A stretch of DNA of 64,000 nt, from sequence record OL739525.1. The stretch is one strand, 5' to 3'. Positions 9,480 through 19,770 of this stretch are shown piece by piece (position 1 is the first letter of the stretch; the number at the start of each line of letters is the position of its first letter). The notes below the pieces were generated by a model that was not told the DNA's origin, did not search any database, and saw only the letters and a list, made by a program, of their open reading frames with translations. Source of the DNA: Escherichia phage dw-ec. The translations under genes and the position numbers were made by a program.

Positions 9480-9893
9480 GTGACAACTTATTCTAAAACA
9501 ACAAGGTCTACAAGTAATACTGGCTACAGTGCAGTTTATCTGGAGGACCATTCTACTTATTTTGCATGGTATCTGAAAACTGAAGAGTACCCCGATCAAA
9601 CATATACAGTTACATTGGATGGAGTTGATTATGACATTCGTTTAAGGTGGAACACTAGGGACGAATCTTGGCAATGTCAAATGGGATTATCTGGAGATGA
9701 TCCGAGTATAAGTTTCAAAGTTACAAATGGTTTAGATCTTCTTAAACCTTATAAATATCTTGAAAGTGTACCAGATGGTCAATTGTATATAGTAGATACA
9801 GTTAAGATTAATGGTCGTCCTGGGTATACAACTACAGGTCGAGATAAACGTTTTGTATTGGTTTATATTGATAACAAACCTAATCAGGCGTAA
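9480..9893 (+). CDS. hypothetical baseplate protein
   Basis: 137 aa, GTG start after RBS GGAGG. Confidence 0.4.
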   Translation: MTTYSKTTRSTSNTGYSAVYLEDHSTYFAWYLKTEEYPDQTYTVTLDGVDYDIRLRWNTRDESWQCQMGLSGDDPSISFKVTNGLDLLKPYKYLESVPDGQLYIVDTVKINGRPGYTTTGRDKRFVLVYIDNKPNQA

Positions 9894-9902
9894 GGAGATA
9901 AT

Positions 9903-10913
9903 ATGGCAGAAAGAGAGTATACAAAAGCTCCTGCCCCTAATTTAAACAGGGCATACAAATTATTAATTGGTTCTGCCACAAACACAATACAGAAGAGAAC
10001 TAAGAACTCGGCATTTAAATCTACAGTAGATTTGGATACCAAGTTAGGGACAACAGAAAAATCCTCTTCTAATTTGTATTTGTTGCAAGACCATCAAATA
10101 ACCTTCAGTATTAAGAAAGATAATAACAAAGATCCTAACCAAGCAGAGATTGTAGTTTATAACCTTTCAGATGATACTGTTAACTATATAAACCGTGGTA
10201 TCCGAAATAACTTGGCTGTTGCTTTAGCGGTAGGATACGAAGGTGAAGAGTTGGTTATGATCTTCAAAGGAACTATCCAGTGGGTTAGTGATACTTTTGA
10301 CTCGGTAGACAGGAAAACCACTTTACACTGTTTGGATGGTGGTATTAACATTGCAGAAGCAAGAACAAGCCGCAGTTACCCAAAAGGAACTAAAATCAAA
10401 CGTGTTGTGACAGATTTGGTAAAGGATTTAGGGACTACAGAAGGTAATATACATGTAGACAATGACCAAACCCTATCTTCAGCAACAGCTATGTGTGGGA
10501 ACACTTCACATTACCTAGAACATATTTGTAAGAGTATTGATCACAATGTGTCAATACAAGACGGATCTGTTTATGTTACTCCACGTTCCCAAATGTCTAG
10601 TGCACGTAGCGCCTACATTAGTCCTGAAACTGGTTTAATAGGAAGCCCAGAACCATTCCACAACGATATTAAACCTACTAAAAAAGTTACCAAATCCTCT
10701 AAGAAGGCAAAGAAACCTACAGATGGTGTTAAATTTAAATGCCAAATGAATGGTGCAATCTTACCAGAAAAAACAATCTGGTTAAAAAGCCGAGATTATG
10801 ATGGTCCATTTAAAGTAGTCTCTGTTTCCCACAATGGGGATAAAGAAGGTAAAGAGTGGGTTACTGAAGTGGAATGTGTATCCGTGTCTGAAATAATGAC
10901 TAAGGAGAAATAA
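9903..10913 (+). CDS. baseplate hub protein (putative)
   Basis: 336 aa, RBS AAGGAGA, directly upstream of the spike gene. Assignment by position only. Confidence 0.4.
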   Translation: MAEREYTKAPAPNLNRAYKLLIGSATNTIQKRTKNSAFKSTVDLDTKLGTTEKSSSNLYLLQDHQITFSIKKDNNKDPNQAEIVVYNLSDDTVNYINRGIRNNLAVALAVGYEGEELVMIFKGTIQWVSDTFDSVDRKTTLHCLDGGINIAEARTSRSYPKGTKIKRVVTDLVKDLGTTEGNIHVDNDQTLSSATAMCGNTSHYLEHICKSIDHNVSIQDGSVYVTPRSQMSSARSAYISPETGLIGSPEPFHNDIKPTKKVTKSSKKAKKPTDGVKFKCQMNGAILPEKTIWLKSRDYDGPFKVVSVSHNGDKEGKEWVTEVECVSVSEIMTKEK

Positions 10914-11647
10914 TGGACGCATTAAATTTTGTCACAGCAATGCGTGGCTTAATGACAGAACAATTGGCAGAAGTCCATACAGCCCTGCCAGTCCGTGTGA
11001 CTGGCGTTAATTATGGTGCTAAGACTGTCACCTTAGAATCTATTGTTAAAAACACCCGATCTAGCGAAGATGAAATAGATTACCCTACTTTTGAAGATGT
11101 TCCTTTTATGGTTAATGGCGGTGGGACAGGAAGAATCTCATTCCCTATTAAAGCTGGCGATTTAGGAACTGTTATATTTTCTGAAAGAGATCCTTCTAAT
11201 GCACTGCAAACTAGTGGGGAAACCTCTTCATCATCCACTTTTATGCAGCCTTGTGGATTATACCCTATTTGTTTTATTCCTAAAATAGCTACAGGAACAG
11301 ATTCAACAGAAGCTGTAGATTCTGAAAAGGTAGTTATTTCTAATAACAAAAACACGTACGCTTCTTTCGACCCTACAGGTAATATTTCAATATGGAATAG
11401 TCAAGGGATGAAAATAGATATTACTACCTCCGGTATTACTATTACAGACGGCACAGGGACTTTGGATCTAAAAGGTGGTAATTTAACTTTCAAAGGCGGC
11501 GTAGCAGATATCAATGGTCTTAAAATAGATCAGAACGGTTTGATGACAGATGGTAATGGCATCGGATTCCATACTCACACGCACACGGTTCGTAATATTC
11601 AGAGCGGTAGCTCAAGTGCCGAGTCCTTAAAACCAACAGGAGCCTAA
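10913..11647 (+). CDS. baseplate central spike protein (gpV/gp5-like)
   Basis: 244 aa. C-terminal Gly/Thr-rich repeats (TSGITITDGTGTLDLKGGNLTFKGG) ending in HTHTHT, resembling His-x-His tip motifs of membrane-piercing spikes. Confidence 0.5.
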   Translation: MDALNFVTAMRGLMTEQLAEVHTALPVRVTGVNYGAKTVTLESIVKNTRSSEDEIDYPTFEDVPFMVNGGGTGRISFPIKAGDLGTVIFSERDPSNALQTSGETSSSSTFMQPCGLYPICFIPKIATGTDSTEAVDSEKVVISNNKNTYASFDPTGNISIWNSQGMKIDITTSGITITDGTGTLDLKGGNLTFKGGVADINGLKIDQNGLMTDGNGIGFHTHTHTVRNIQSGSSSAESLKPTGA

Positions 11648-11648
11648 C

Positions 11649-12275
11649 ATGGGAATCCCTTTTGACTTAAAACTTGGACCAAACAACGACCTCATCATGG
11701 ACGATGGGGATTTGGTCCTTACCACAACCAGAACAGAAATTGCAGCACAAACTCTTGGGATAACTCTGAACACGTATCGTGGAGAGTGGTTTTTAAATAC
11801 TAACTTCGGTGTGCCTTATTTACAAGAGATTATTGGTGTTGCCAGAAAGAAAGATATTGTAGATAGAATATTTTTAGCAGAGATTGCCAAAAACGTTTAC
11901 GTAGATACAATAAACAGTTATAAATCTGCTTATGATATGGACCAACGTTATTACTCAATGACAGTTATGGTCACAGTTGGAGCAGATACAGTAACATCTA
12001 TATTCAATACTCAACCTTCTGAAGAGTTTATTTACCCTGAAGCTGGTGAAGACAATGCAGCGATCATTTGTGAAGCTTACAGTATTGTTGAGAATTCGAA
12101 TAGACTTTATCGCTTTATCAACTTTGTTGGTTTGCCACGTGATACCTACTCTACTTGGTGGAATGAATGGTCTACAGAGTCAGCAGTGGAAAGAATCATG
12201 GTTAACGAAAAAGGTGATGCATTAGCTACAAACAATGACTTCGGTATAACAGCTATGACAGGAGTAGAAGAGTAA
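11649..12275 (+). CDS. baseplate wedge protein, gp25/GpW-like (putative)
   Basis: 208 aa, directly after the spike gene. Resemblance to the gp25/GpW family is by eye only. Confidence 0.45.
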   Translation: MGIPFDLKLGPNNDLIMDDGDLVLTTTRTEIAAQTLGITLNTYRGEWFLNTNFGVPYLQEIIGVARKKDIVDRIFLAEIAKNVYVDTINSYKSAYDMDQRYYSMTVMVTVGADTVTSIFNTQPSEEFIYPEAGEDNAAIICEAYSIVENSNRLYRFINFVGLPRDTYSTWWNEWSTESAVERIMVNEKGDALATNNDFGITAMTGVEE

Positions 12276-12748
12276 TGGCAGATTTAACTACGATCAAAAT
12301 TTCTGATCTTACACAAACAACCTCTGTGTCTGATACAGATTTCTTTGTAACAGATCAGGCTGGAATAACAAAGAAAACTTCTTTGAAAGTGCTGTTGAGT
12401 GGTGCAGGGGTAACTAGAAACCGTCTGAATGCACGGGGAACAGTAACTAGCACCTTGGCATTAGATATTAGTTCAGCAGAATATTTTTCTGCAACTTTAT
12501 CTTCTGCAACGTGCACAATTAGTTTTACTAATATTCCAGTAGCAACAAATGCAGTTTTAAACTTTACTTTAGCTTTGCGTCAAGGAAGTGGTGCAAATAA
12601 AGTCGTATGGCCTTCTTCTGTAAAATGGAGTTTTGGTCGCCCCCCAGTTTTGAGTTATCGTCAAGGTGCAACAGACACTTTTGAGTTTATCAGTTATGAT
12701 AATGGAGCAACTTGGACAGGTAGCTTAGTTTTAGCAGGAGTTATTTAA
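12275..12748 (+). CDS. hypothetical baseplate or fibre-associated protein
   Basis: 157 aa; N-terminus (ISDLTQTTSVSDTDFFVTDQAG...KTSLKVLL) is of the type seen at the baseplate-attachment ends of fibre proteins. Confidence 0.4.
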   Translation: MADLTTIKISDLTQTTSVSDTDFFVTDQAGITKKTSLKVLLSGAGVTRNRLNARGTVTSTLALDISSAEYFSATLSSATCTISFTNIPVATNAVLNFTLALRQGSGANKVVWPSSVKWSFGRPPVLSYRQGATDTFEFISYDNGATWTGSLVLAGVI

Positions 12749-15624
12749 TGTCAAGAGTTAAGCACAATATTGACAACACGTTTCAGTTGATTGAAGGGTT
12801 GGTTCAGTTTTTGGAAAGAAATACTGGTCTTACCATAGATCCTACGGTTCAGCACTACATTATCAACCCACAAAACGTATTGGCGAACAACAGACACTTT
12901 ATTAACTGGACAGCGCAGGAAGGGCAACCAAACGGTGACGCTACTACCGAAGGTCAATCTGTGCTTATCACTGGTTTTGCTTATGCATATTTGGCTACAG
13001 GAGATAAAAAATATCTTGAATCTGCCGAGAAGTATTGGCAAGCCTATATAGATCACTTCTTCGGGGGCCAACCTATTCCTGATCCTCCAGCTAAGTATCG
13101 TCCCAACTGGATCATCAATGGTAAAGAACCACGTTTAGCACACTACCCTCTCACAGATGATGGGTATCCTACGCACGGTGGGTTCAAAGGTAGCATGATG
13201 ACTTGGATTAACGGAAGGACTGTTATTCCTAAAGGTGCGCCACATTGGGGAGAATACTTAGATAAAGCTTGGTTTGCTTTCAATGGTAATCTTGGTTGGA
13301 ACTCTGTTAACGCAACAGTGTATGCAACTAACCCAGATGGTTCAACCAACTGGAAAGAATATGGAGATCAGTGGGACGTTGAATGGATTATAGATCGTCT
13401 AGGACGTAAAGTTGATTGGGATGGTAACATTTTATCCACTGGGCATAGCTTTGCAGAATATGGAACAGTGCAACTTAAAAACGCTTCTGTGAACGGAGAC
13501 TATAAATTCAACTACGCTACATGCAATCCTGTAGAACACGGTGGATATCTGCTTAAGCGTAATGAGATGTGGCATAACCGTCCTGTAAACGTTCCGGTAG
13601 AGTTAGGTTATCAAGACAATGCTTCCGATGCTGAAACGTGGTGGTGTGATGCAAACTACTTAATGTATCAGATCACAGGAGAGAGAAAATACTGGCTTTG
13701 CTGGCAATCTTCTTTATTGTTGTGTCAAGACTACTCAAACATCGATATGTTTGATAAATTCTTCCGTAGATCTACGACAGCAATAATTCCTTTTACAGAT
13801 GGTATCTCGTATGATTACTCATACCCATCTACAGCAATACCTAAATATTCTCGTGACGAGTTAGGATACACAGTAATTCGCCAAGATGTTGCAGCACAAA
13901 CAACTCTAGAACAACAGGCAGTTTGGTTCAGAGTGGATCAGAATTCAAAACTGCGTATTGAGTTTCAAGGCGTAGATGATGCAGGGGAAGGTGTTCTTTT
14001 CCGTCCAGAGTTAGAATTAAGCAAGACTAAGAGTGAAACAGACACAGTGACATATCGTTGTGGCTTACCTCTTGGTGCAGCTAATATGACTAAGATGGAT
14101 ATACCTTTATCCAGTTTTATGCGCACTGAACCTCCTGGAGGTGGTGTATATATTATTGCCGAACCTAGAATCATTGTTGACTGGGGAAGCAATACTGTGA
14201 TACAATATAAATATGCAACTGGTATTGCTGGGACAAATAGTGATCAGATAGTTTCTGCTAATATGGATTCAGATGGTGGTTTTACTATTGGGTTTTGGTT
14301 AACACCAACTAAAACAACCAATTTAAAATCTATTACGTATCGTTCATACGCAGATGATTTTAACATCACTATTACGGATTCCGCAGGTTGGAGATGGTGG
14401 GCCATGTTAGAAAAAACAAATTCTGCATGGGTTACTAAAGCTTTAAGTCCTGCTGATTTCAAATTAAGTACTTGGCAACCTAATCACAATGACACAGAGA
14501 CAAAACCTTCGTCAATAAACCTGACTGCTGTTGATCAGATGAACATTGCATTGGATTCTGAACCTGCAAATGGCTTGACAGGGGCAATCGACTTTTATTG
14601 CGTTAACGATATCCCATCTTTGTATTCTTCAGCCGCTGGTGATGATTACACAATGTATTTCAGGGTTACAGTTTCATCTGAAAATCCTTATACAGCAAAA
14701 CTTGGAGATTGTACAATACTGGACTACAAACTTGACAGTTTGAATTATACTCCAGGAATCATCCCATTTTCCAATATTAGTGATCCTAATACAGCATTAT
14801 ATGACGGTTGGCGTGGTATTCCTTACCCAGGTTATCAATACCCATCCTTATATTGTTTTAAAGGGAGAGATATTGACTGGGTTCGTATGAACAACAGTAT
14901 AGACTTTTTATATGATTCACAAATGTGGTTTTATAATAAGTTTGCCCCTGTAATGCCTGGGCCAATGGCACAAGCTTATGTTTGGGATCGTTGGGATGCT
15001 CATAAATATGGAAACAAAAATGAGTTCACAATGTATCATTGGAACGATAAAGCTTGGGATGGTTATGAAGCAAGAGCATTCTTCTGTGCGTGTCATACGG
15101 TATACGAACTAAAGCGACGAGGAGCCGAAGTTCCTGAAAAACTTTTAACAGTTTGTAAAAACTGGATCAACTACCTGAAGTGGTTCCAAGATAACAACGA
15201 AGGAAGAACACCAACAATATTTTATCCCAACGGAGAAGTGGCTGCGCCTGTAGATGACTTTACAAGTCACATGTCTGCGCTCTTTATGGCGGGATGTGCT
15301 ATAATGGGGATGGCTGGATATGATTCAGAAATTCCTAACATTAAAATAGTAGCAGATCGCTGTTTTGAACTTATTCAGGAAAATTATATTGTTCTTGGTC
15401 CTAATCACGTTATGAATGGTTGTTGGAGTGCTGCTCCTAGACCAGACAGTGATAACGGAGTCTTCTTTGGCTTCCACGCTGGAGAGTTGTTACGTGGTTT
15501 TGGGTTGTATGCTTTATACAAAAAACTTAATCCCCAAAATGCATTACCTGTTTTGGATTCGAGCAATATTCCTGCACTTACTGTTTTGACAATGGCAAAC
15601 ATTAGTGTGGACGTTACCGAGTAA
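12748..15624 (+). CDS. large tail-associated protein, putative polysaccharide-degrading tailspike (alpha/alpha-barrel hydrolase-like)
   Basis: 958 aa. Segments such as ITGFAYAYLATGDKKYLESAEKYWQAY and FFCACHTVYELKRRG...MSALFMAGCAIMGMAGY resemble alpha/alpha-toroid glycosidase or lyase folds. Unverified. Confidence 0.4.
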   Translation: MSRVKHNIDNTFQLIEGLVQFLERNTGLTIDPTVQHYIINPQNVLANNRHFINWTAQEGQPNGDATTEGQSVLITGFAYAYLATGDKKYLESAEKYWQAYIDHFFGGQPIPDPPAKYRPNWIINGKEPRLAHYPLTDDGYPTHGGFKGSMMTWINGRTVIPKGAPHWGEYLDKAWFAFNGNLGWNSVNATVYATNPDGSTNWKEYGDQWDVEWIIDRLGRKVDWDGNILSTGHSFAEYGTVQLKNASVNGDYKFNYATCNPVEHGGYLLKRNEMWHNRPVNVPVELGYQDNASDAETWWCDANYLMYQITGERKYWLCWQSSLLLCQDYSNIDMFDKFFRRSTTAIIPFTDGISYDYSYPSTAIPKYSRDELGYTVIRQDVAAQTTLEQQAVWFRVDQNSKLRIEFQGVDDAGEGVLFRPELELSKTKSETDTVTYRCGLPLGAANMTKMDIPLSSFMRTEPPGGGVYIIAEPRIIVDWGSNTVIQYKYATGIAGTNSDQIVSANMDSDGGFTIGFWLTPTKTTNLKSITYRSYADDFNITITDSAGWRWWAMLEKTNSAWVTKALSPADFKLSTWQPNHNDTETKPSSINLTAVDQMNIALDSEPANGLTGAIDFYCVNDIPSLYSSAAGDDYTMYFRVTVSSENPYTAKLGDCTILDYKLDSLNYTPGIIPFSNISDPNTALYDGWRGIPYPGYQYPSLYCFKGRDIDWVRMNNSIDFLYDSQMWFYNKFAPVMPGPMAQAYVWDRWDAHKYGNKNEFTMYHWNDKAWDGYEARAFFCACHTVYELKRRGAEVPEKLLTVCKNWINYLKWFQDNNEGRTPTIFYPNGEVAAPVDDFTSHMSALFMAGCAIMGMAGYDSEIPNIKIVADRCFELIQENYIVLGPNHVMNGCWSAAPRPDSDNGVFFGFHAGELLRGFGLYALYKKLNPQNALPVLDSSNIPALTVLTMANISVDVTE

Positions 15625-15632
15625 GGGGTAAA

Positions 15633-17786
15633 ATGAAACAAGCTATATTTACTGTCACGCGAGACAAGAGAGTAAATGCGAGTTCATTTAACTACACGAC
15701 TGTTGACGGAACAGCAGTCGCTGGTAGAGATTATATTGCAAAATCGGGAACACTTGTGTTCCCTGATGATGCTGATTCTGCTACTATTGTGGTTGAAGTA
15801 TTTGAACGACCAAAGAACTCAATAGATCTTAACTTCTCCCTCCAAGTTTCAGGGATTAGTCAAAATAACATGATGGTTGAAACAACCATCAATTGTATTA
15901 TAACTACTATCCAAGAAAATACTACTCCAATAACTTGGACTACAAAAGACGTTAAAATGTTCTCTCCTATGTATTGGACAATAGACTCTCAAGCAACGGA
16001 AAGTTGTTCTATTGTATCTCATGGAGACTCTTTTACTGCAAGATTTGTAAACAGAACAACAGCAGGTTTGGCAGGGGTTATCTGGAGCACAGTTGACAAA
16101 TATGATCACAAAGGTGTTGGGTATTTACCACACACAGATTTAAGTTCAGATAAACTTTGGTTTAAAATGGAAATTAGTCAAAACATGCCAGGTTTTAAAG
16201 AAGAACCTTTGGTGCCGACTTTGACTGTAACTCTCCTGGATAAAAGTGTTCATTATGTCAGTTTAGGATTCTACGCTTCGGATATTTCAGAAGATGGTAA
16301 AACAGCTACAATCAAGTTAGATTTTGGTAATATCTTTTCTGGCCCTAATAATGATATTCCTTTGGATATGAGTGCTGTAGATAATATTTTCTTCTCTTTG
16401 ATTACAGCAAGGTATGAAGAAATAGAAGAGGTTGTACCTATTGACAGTCAAGAGGCTTGGTTTACTTTCACTCTTCTTGAACCTACCTCTGGTTATAGTA
16501 TGATGAAAGTCAGCAACCTTGTCCAGCCTGAACATGATATTCGCATGTGCACATCTTATGATGATATGTATAACCTGACTCCAGAAAGAGTTATTTATAA
16601 TACATATGCGCTAGGTTATCGTGGAATGATTAACCATTACAACGGAATGTCTCACTATTATGAGTTCTCATGGAACGGAACATCTTGGGCTTTAAATAGA
16701 TCTGTTTTCCTGAATCCGGCTACAGAAGCTTGGCTAAATAGTTTCCATTCTATAGCAAACGAGAAGGGCTACACGATAATGAACTCTTTAAGTTTTGAAT
16801 TGATGAGCACAGTTTGTCCTGTAGAATGGGTCCAGCATGATTGGAACGATGCTCTTGCAGCAACAGGGTATGAACCTCCTAGTTATGTGTTGTCTCCAAC
16901 TATTGACGAAGGTATGGAATATTTGCAAAATGTTATTAATAAAATAGCATCTATTTCGCAAGCTAATAATATTCCAGTTGTCATTCAAATTGGTGAGCCT
17001 TGGTGGTGGTATAATACAGCAAGTAAAATGCCTTGCATATATGATTACACTACCAAACTGGCATTCAACACAGAAACAGGTTTATTTGCACAAGATGCAG
17101 GAACAATAGATAATTATAAAACAGGAACGCCGTTTGACGAATACTATGCATTTTTGTCTCGTAAACTAGGATTAAGAGTTACAAAGTTTGCAACAGATAC
17201 TAGAGCAACTTACCCAGGAGCCAAGGTAACATTGCTTCCGTTCTTGCCATCAATTATCGGCAACGGTTTGATGGAGAAAGTTAACTTCCCGTCTGATTAC
17301 TACATTCCTGAAGCTTTTGATTTTTACTGTTCAGAGTGTTATGACTGGCTTCTGGAAGGTAAGATGATGAAAGCATTTGATGCAATTACCATACCACATG
17401 AAAAATTAGGTTTTGAATATTCTGATATTCACTACCTTTCAGGTTTTGTTCCAGATGCTACTCTTGCACCTTTGTATGGCTTTGATCCTAAATCAAACTA
17501 CCGCACATATCTTTGGAAGATGATTATAGGTAACATAGTGTTGAACGCCAATAAGTTTGACGGACTTACACAATATATATGGGCCTATCCTCAAATAATG
17601 CATGATTCTATCACGGTAGTTAATTCTCAATCCCAAGTTTTCTATATGGGTAACGTGCCTTTGAACGTTTATTTACAGGATATCACTCTTAAACAGGTAA
17701 ATGTTGAGATTGCCACCATAAGTGGAATTACATTAGCCACTAAATCTGGAGAAGATTTAGTAACAACACAAAAATTTTATATATAG
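15633..17786 (+). CDS. tail-associated protein with N-terminal Calx-beta-like motif
   Basis: 717 aa. N-terminal NYTTVDGTAVAGRDYIAKSGTLVFPDDADSATIVVEV looks like a Calx-beta signature; the remainder could be an enzymatic domain. Confidence 0.4.
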   Translation: MKQAIFTVTRDKRVNASSFNYTTVDGTAVAGRDYIAKSGTLVFPDDADSATIVVEVFERPKNSIDLNFSLQVSGISQNNMMVETTINCIITTIQENTTPITWTTKDVKMFSPMYWTIDSQATESCSIVSHGDSFTARFVNRTTAGLAGVIWSTVDKYDHKGVGYLPHTDLSSDKLWFKMEISQNMPGFKEEPLVPTLTVTLLDKSVHYVSLGFYASDISEDGKTATIKLDFGNIFSGPNNDIPLDMSAVDNIFFSLITARYEEIEEVVPIDSQEAWFTFTLLEPTSGYSMMKVSNLVQPEHDIRMCTSYDDMYNLTPERVIYNTYALGYRGMINHYNGMSHYYEFSWNGTSWALNRSVFLNPATEAWLNSFHSIANEKGYTIMNSLSFELMSTVCPVEWVQHDWNDALAATGYEPPSYVLSPTIDEGMEYLQNVINKIASISQANNIPVVIQIGEPWWWYNTASKMPCIYDYTTKLAFNTETGLFAQDAGTIDNYKTGTPFDEYYAFLSRKLGLRVTKFATDTRATYPGAKVTLLPFLPSIIGNGLMEKVNFPSDYYIPEAFDFYCSECYDWLLEGKMMKAFDAITIPHEKLGFEYSDIHYLSGFVPDATLAPLYGFDPKSNYRTYLWKMIIGNIVLNANKFDGLTQYIWAYPQIMHDSITVVNSQSQVFYMGNVPLNVYLQDITLKQVNVEIATISGITLATKSGEDLVTTQKFYI

Positions 17787-17794
17787 GAGTAAAA

Positions 17795-19693
17795 ATGTCA
17801 ACTACAATTACTAATTTACCCGAAACATCAAAAGTTAATGGTTCAGATTACCTGGTTTTAGATCAACCTGATAAAACTGTTAAAAGCACAGTTTCCAACT
17901 TTCTTACTGACACTGGGGTGGTTTTAGCCACCCAGTTGAAAGATACAAATGGAGCAGATTTAATACAATCCTCAAATGGTAATACTGTTCAGGAAGAGTT
18001 GAATAACAATCTTCTTAATGATCGTGAACAGTGGCGTCGTAGTCTTGCCGAGGCTGGGTTAACTCTTGTTGATGGTAGTTTTGAAGAAGGGGCTACAGTG
18101 GGCAGTGTAACTGATGCTGTTTGGCACATTTCTGTTGGACAGTGTTATACATGGCATGGCGCTTTCCCTAAAACTGTTCCTGCTGACTCAACCCCTGAAG
18201 CATCTGGTGGTGTTGGTATTGGTGCATGGGTTAGTGTTGGAGATGCATCTTTGAGAAGCAATCTTGCATCTGATGATGGCGCGGGTCTGGTCGGATTTAA
18301 GTCGCCTCTGGCCAACTCTATTAAGCGAGCACTACATGATAAAAATAATGACCTGGTGTCAGTCAAGGACTTTGGAGTTGTTGGCGACGGTGTGACCGAC
18401 GATACCGCCGCATTTCAGGCAGCAATAGATTCGAAAAAGAGTTTATACATACCGGATGGTATTTATCTTATAAGCTCTACTTTAATCATAACTGCCACTG
18501 ATAGTTTATGTATTGTTGGTAATAGTTTTGGACATGTTAATGACCAAACAACAGGTTCAGTAATTAAGTTTACTGGGTTAGCGTCACCCGCCATTCGGGT
18601 TCAAGGTGGTGCGATAGGAGCTAAGATTTCTGGACTTTTTCTGGATATCCAGGATTCATCATCTGATGGCTTTGATTTCGGTGGGGCTTGGTATTTAAAA
18701 CTTCAAGATTGCGTTGTCAGAAACGCTCGATATGGGGTCTATTTACATTACGATAGCCCAGACTATTTTTCCGGAGTAGCTGAGCTAACTTCGTGCTATT
18801 TCGCTAAATGCGCAAATGGCGTAAAAACGTCAAAAGTAGATATCAACGTAGTTAAAGTTGATAATTGCACCTTCTTTGACGGAGTTAACGGTGTTCTTAT
18901 TGGTGACTCAGGTGCTGCAAGTAGTGTGCGAAATTTCATAGTCAGAGACTCTCTATTCGAAGCGAACACAGGTTATGACGTAGGCGTCGTCGCTGGGGGT
19001 GCGCAGCAGTTACTGGTAGATGGTAACTATTTCGAAGAGAATACCGCTTCCTCTTTAGCGAGGGTATATGTTGCAGATGATGTTCGCTCTCCGCGTTCTT
19101 CCTCGGTTTCAATAACTAACAACACGTTTAGTAAAGATACGACAGGCGACCTTGTTTTCTTGTCCGGTGTTTCCGGCGTTCTTGTTAAACAAAACTGGTC
19201 TGCGTTCGGAGGTATAGGTTTTGTACGGGCGATTAATATTGACAATTATGAGATAGATAGATGCTCCACAGTATCAGGTGCGGCTCCATGTAATGTTGTC
19301 ATAGACAACATCTTACAAGTACCGGACACTTCTGTTAATAAGATTTCTATTAACAAGGCCCAAGAATACTCGTTTATTGGGACTACTGTCGTAAAAAGGT
19401 CTAGTGCATGTACACGGGCTATGATTCAATTTAATGGAATTTCTGGGTCGTTAGTGTATGCAGACGGAGCAACTGTATCTAAAACCGGGACCGGTAAATA
19501 TACCATCAACCTATCTAATGCTTTACCCTCTTCCGCATACGCTGTTTCGTGTAGTGTCGGCAATACTACAGGCGGAGAGAAATTAGCAATTAATGTTGTA
19601 AGTACATCCGCTGGTTCTTTTAACCTTGAAGTTTTCGACCTTTCAGGGGCGTATCAGGATTCTGGATACATATCTGCCGCAGTTATTATGTAA
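17795..19693 (+). CDS. tailspike with pectate-lyase-type beta-helix
   Basis: 632 aa. Motif VKDFGVVGDGVTDDTAAFQAAIDS is typical of right-handed beta-helix depolymerases. N-terminus is of the attachment type. Confidence 0.6.
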   Translation: MSTTITNLPETSKVNGSDYLVLDQPDKTVKSTVSNFLTDTGVVLATQLKDTNGADLIQSSNGNTVQEELNNNLLNDREQWRRSLAEAGLTLVDGSFEEGATVGSVTDAVWHISVGQCYTWHGAFPKTVPADSTPEASGGVGIGAWVSVGDASLRSNLASDDGAGLVGFKSPLANSIKRALHDKNNDLVSVKDFGVVGDGVTDDTAAFQAAIDSKKSLYIPDGIYLISSTLIITATDSLCIVGNSFGHVNDQTTGSVIKFTGLASPAIRVQGGAIGAKISGLFLDIQDSSSDGFDFGGAWYLKLQDCVVRNARYGVYLHYDSPDYFSGVAELTSCYFAKCANGVKTSKVDINVVKVDNCTFFDGVNGVLIGDSGAASSVRNFIVRDSLFEANTGYDVGVVAGGAQQLLVDGNYFEENTASSLARVYVADDVRSPRSSSVSITNNTFSKDTTGDLVFLSGVSGVLVKQNWSAFGGIGFVRAINIDNYEIDRCSTVSGAAPCNVVIDNILQVPDTSVNKISINKAQEYSFIGTTVVKRSSACTRAMIQFNGISGSLVYADGATVSKTGTGKYTINLSNALPSSAYAVSCSVGNTTGGEKLAINVVSTSAGSFNLEVFDLSGAYQDSGYISAAVIM

Positions 19694-19728
19694 ATAATGC
19701 TCACTCCAGATATCCATCATGTAAAAAA

Positions 19729-19747
19729 CCCCTCTTCGGAGGGGTTT
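19729..19747 (+). terminator. hairpin terminator after tailspike gene
   Basis: CCCCTC-TTCG-GAGGGG with UUCG tetraloop, then TTTCC (weak U-run). Confidence 0.5.
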
Positions 19748-19770
19748 CCTAGAAAAACAATGAGGTTTAT

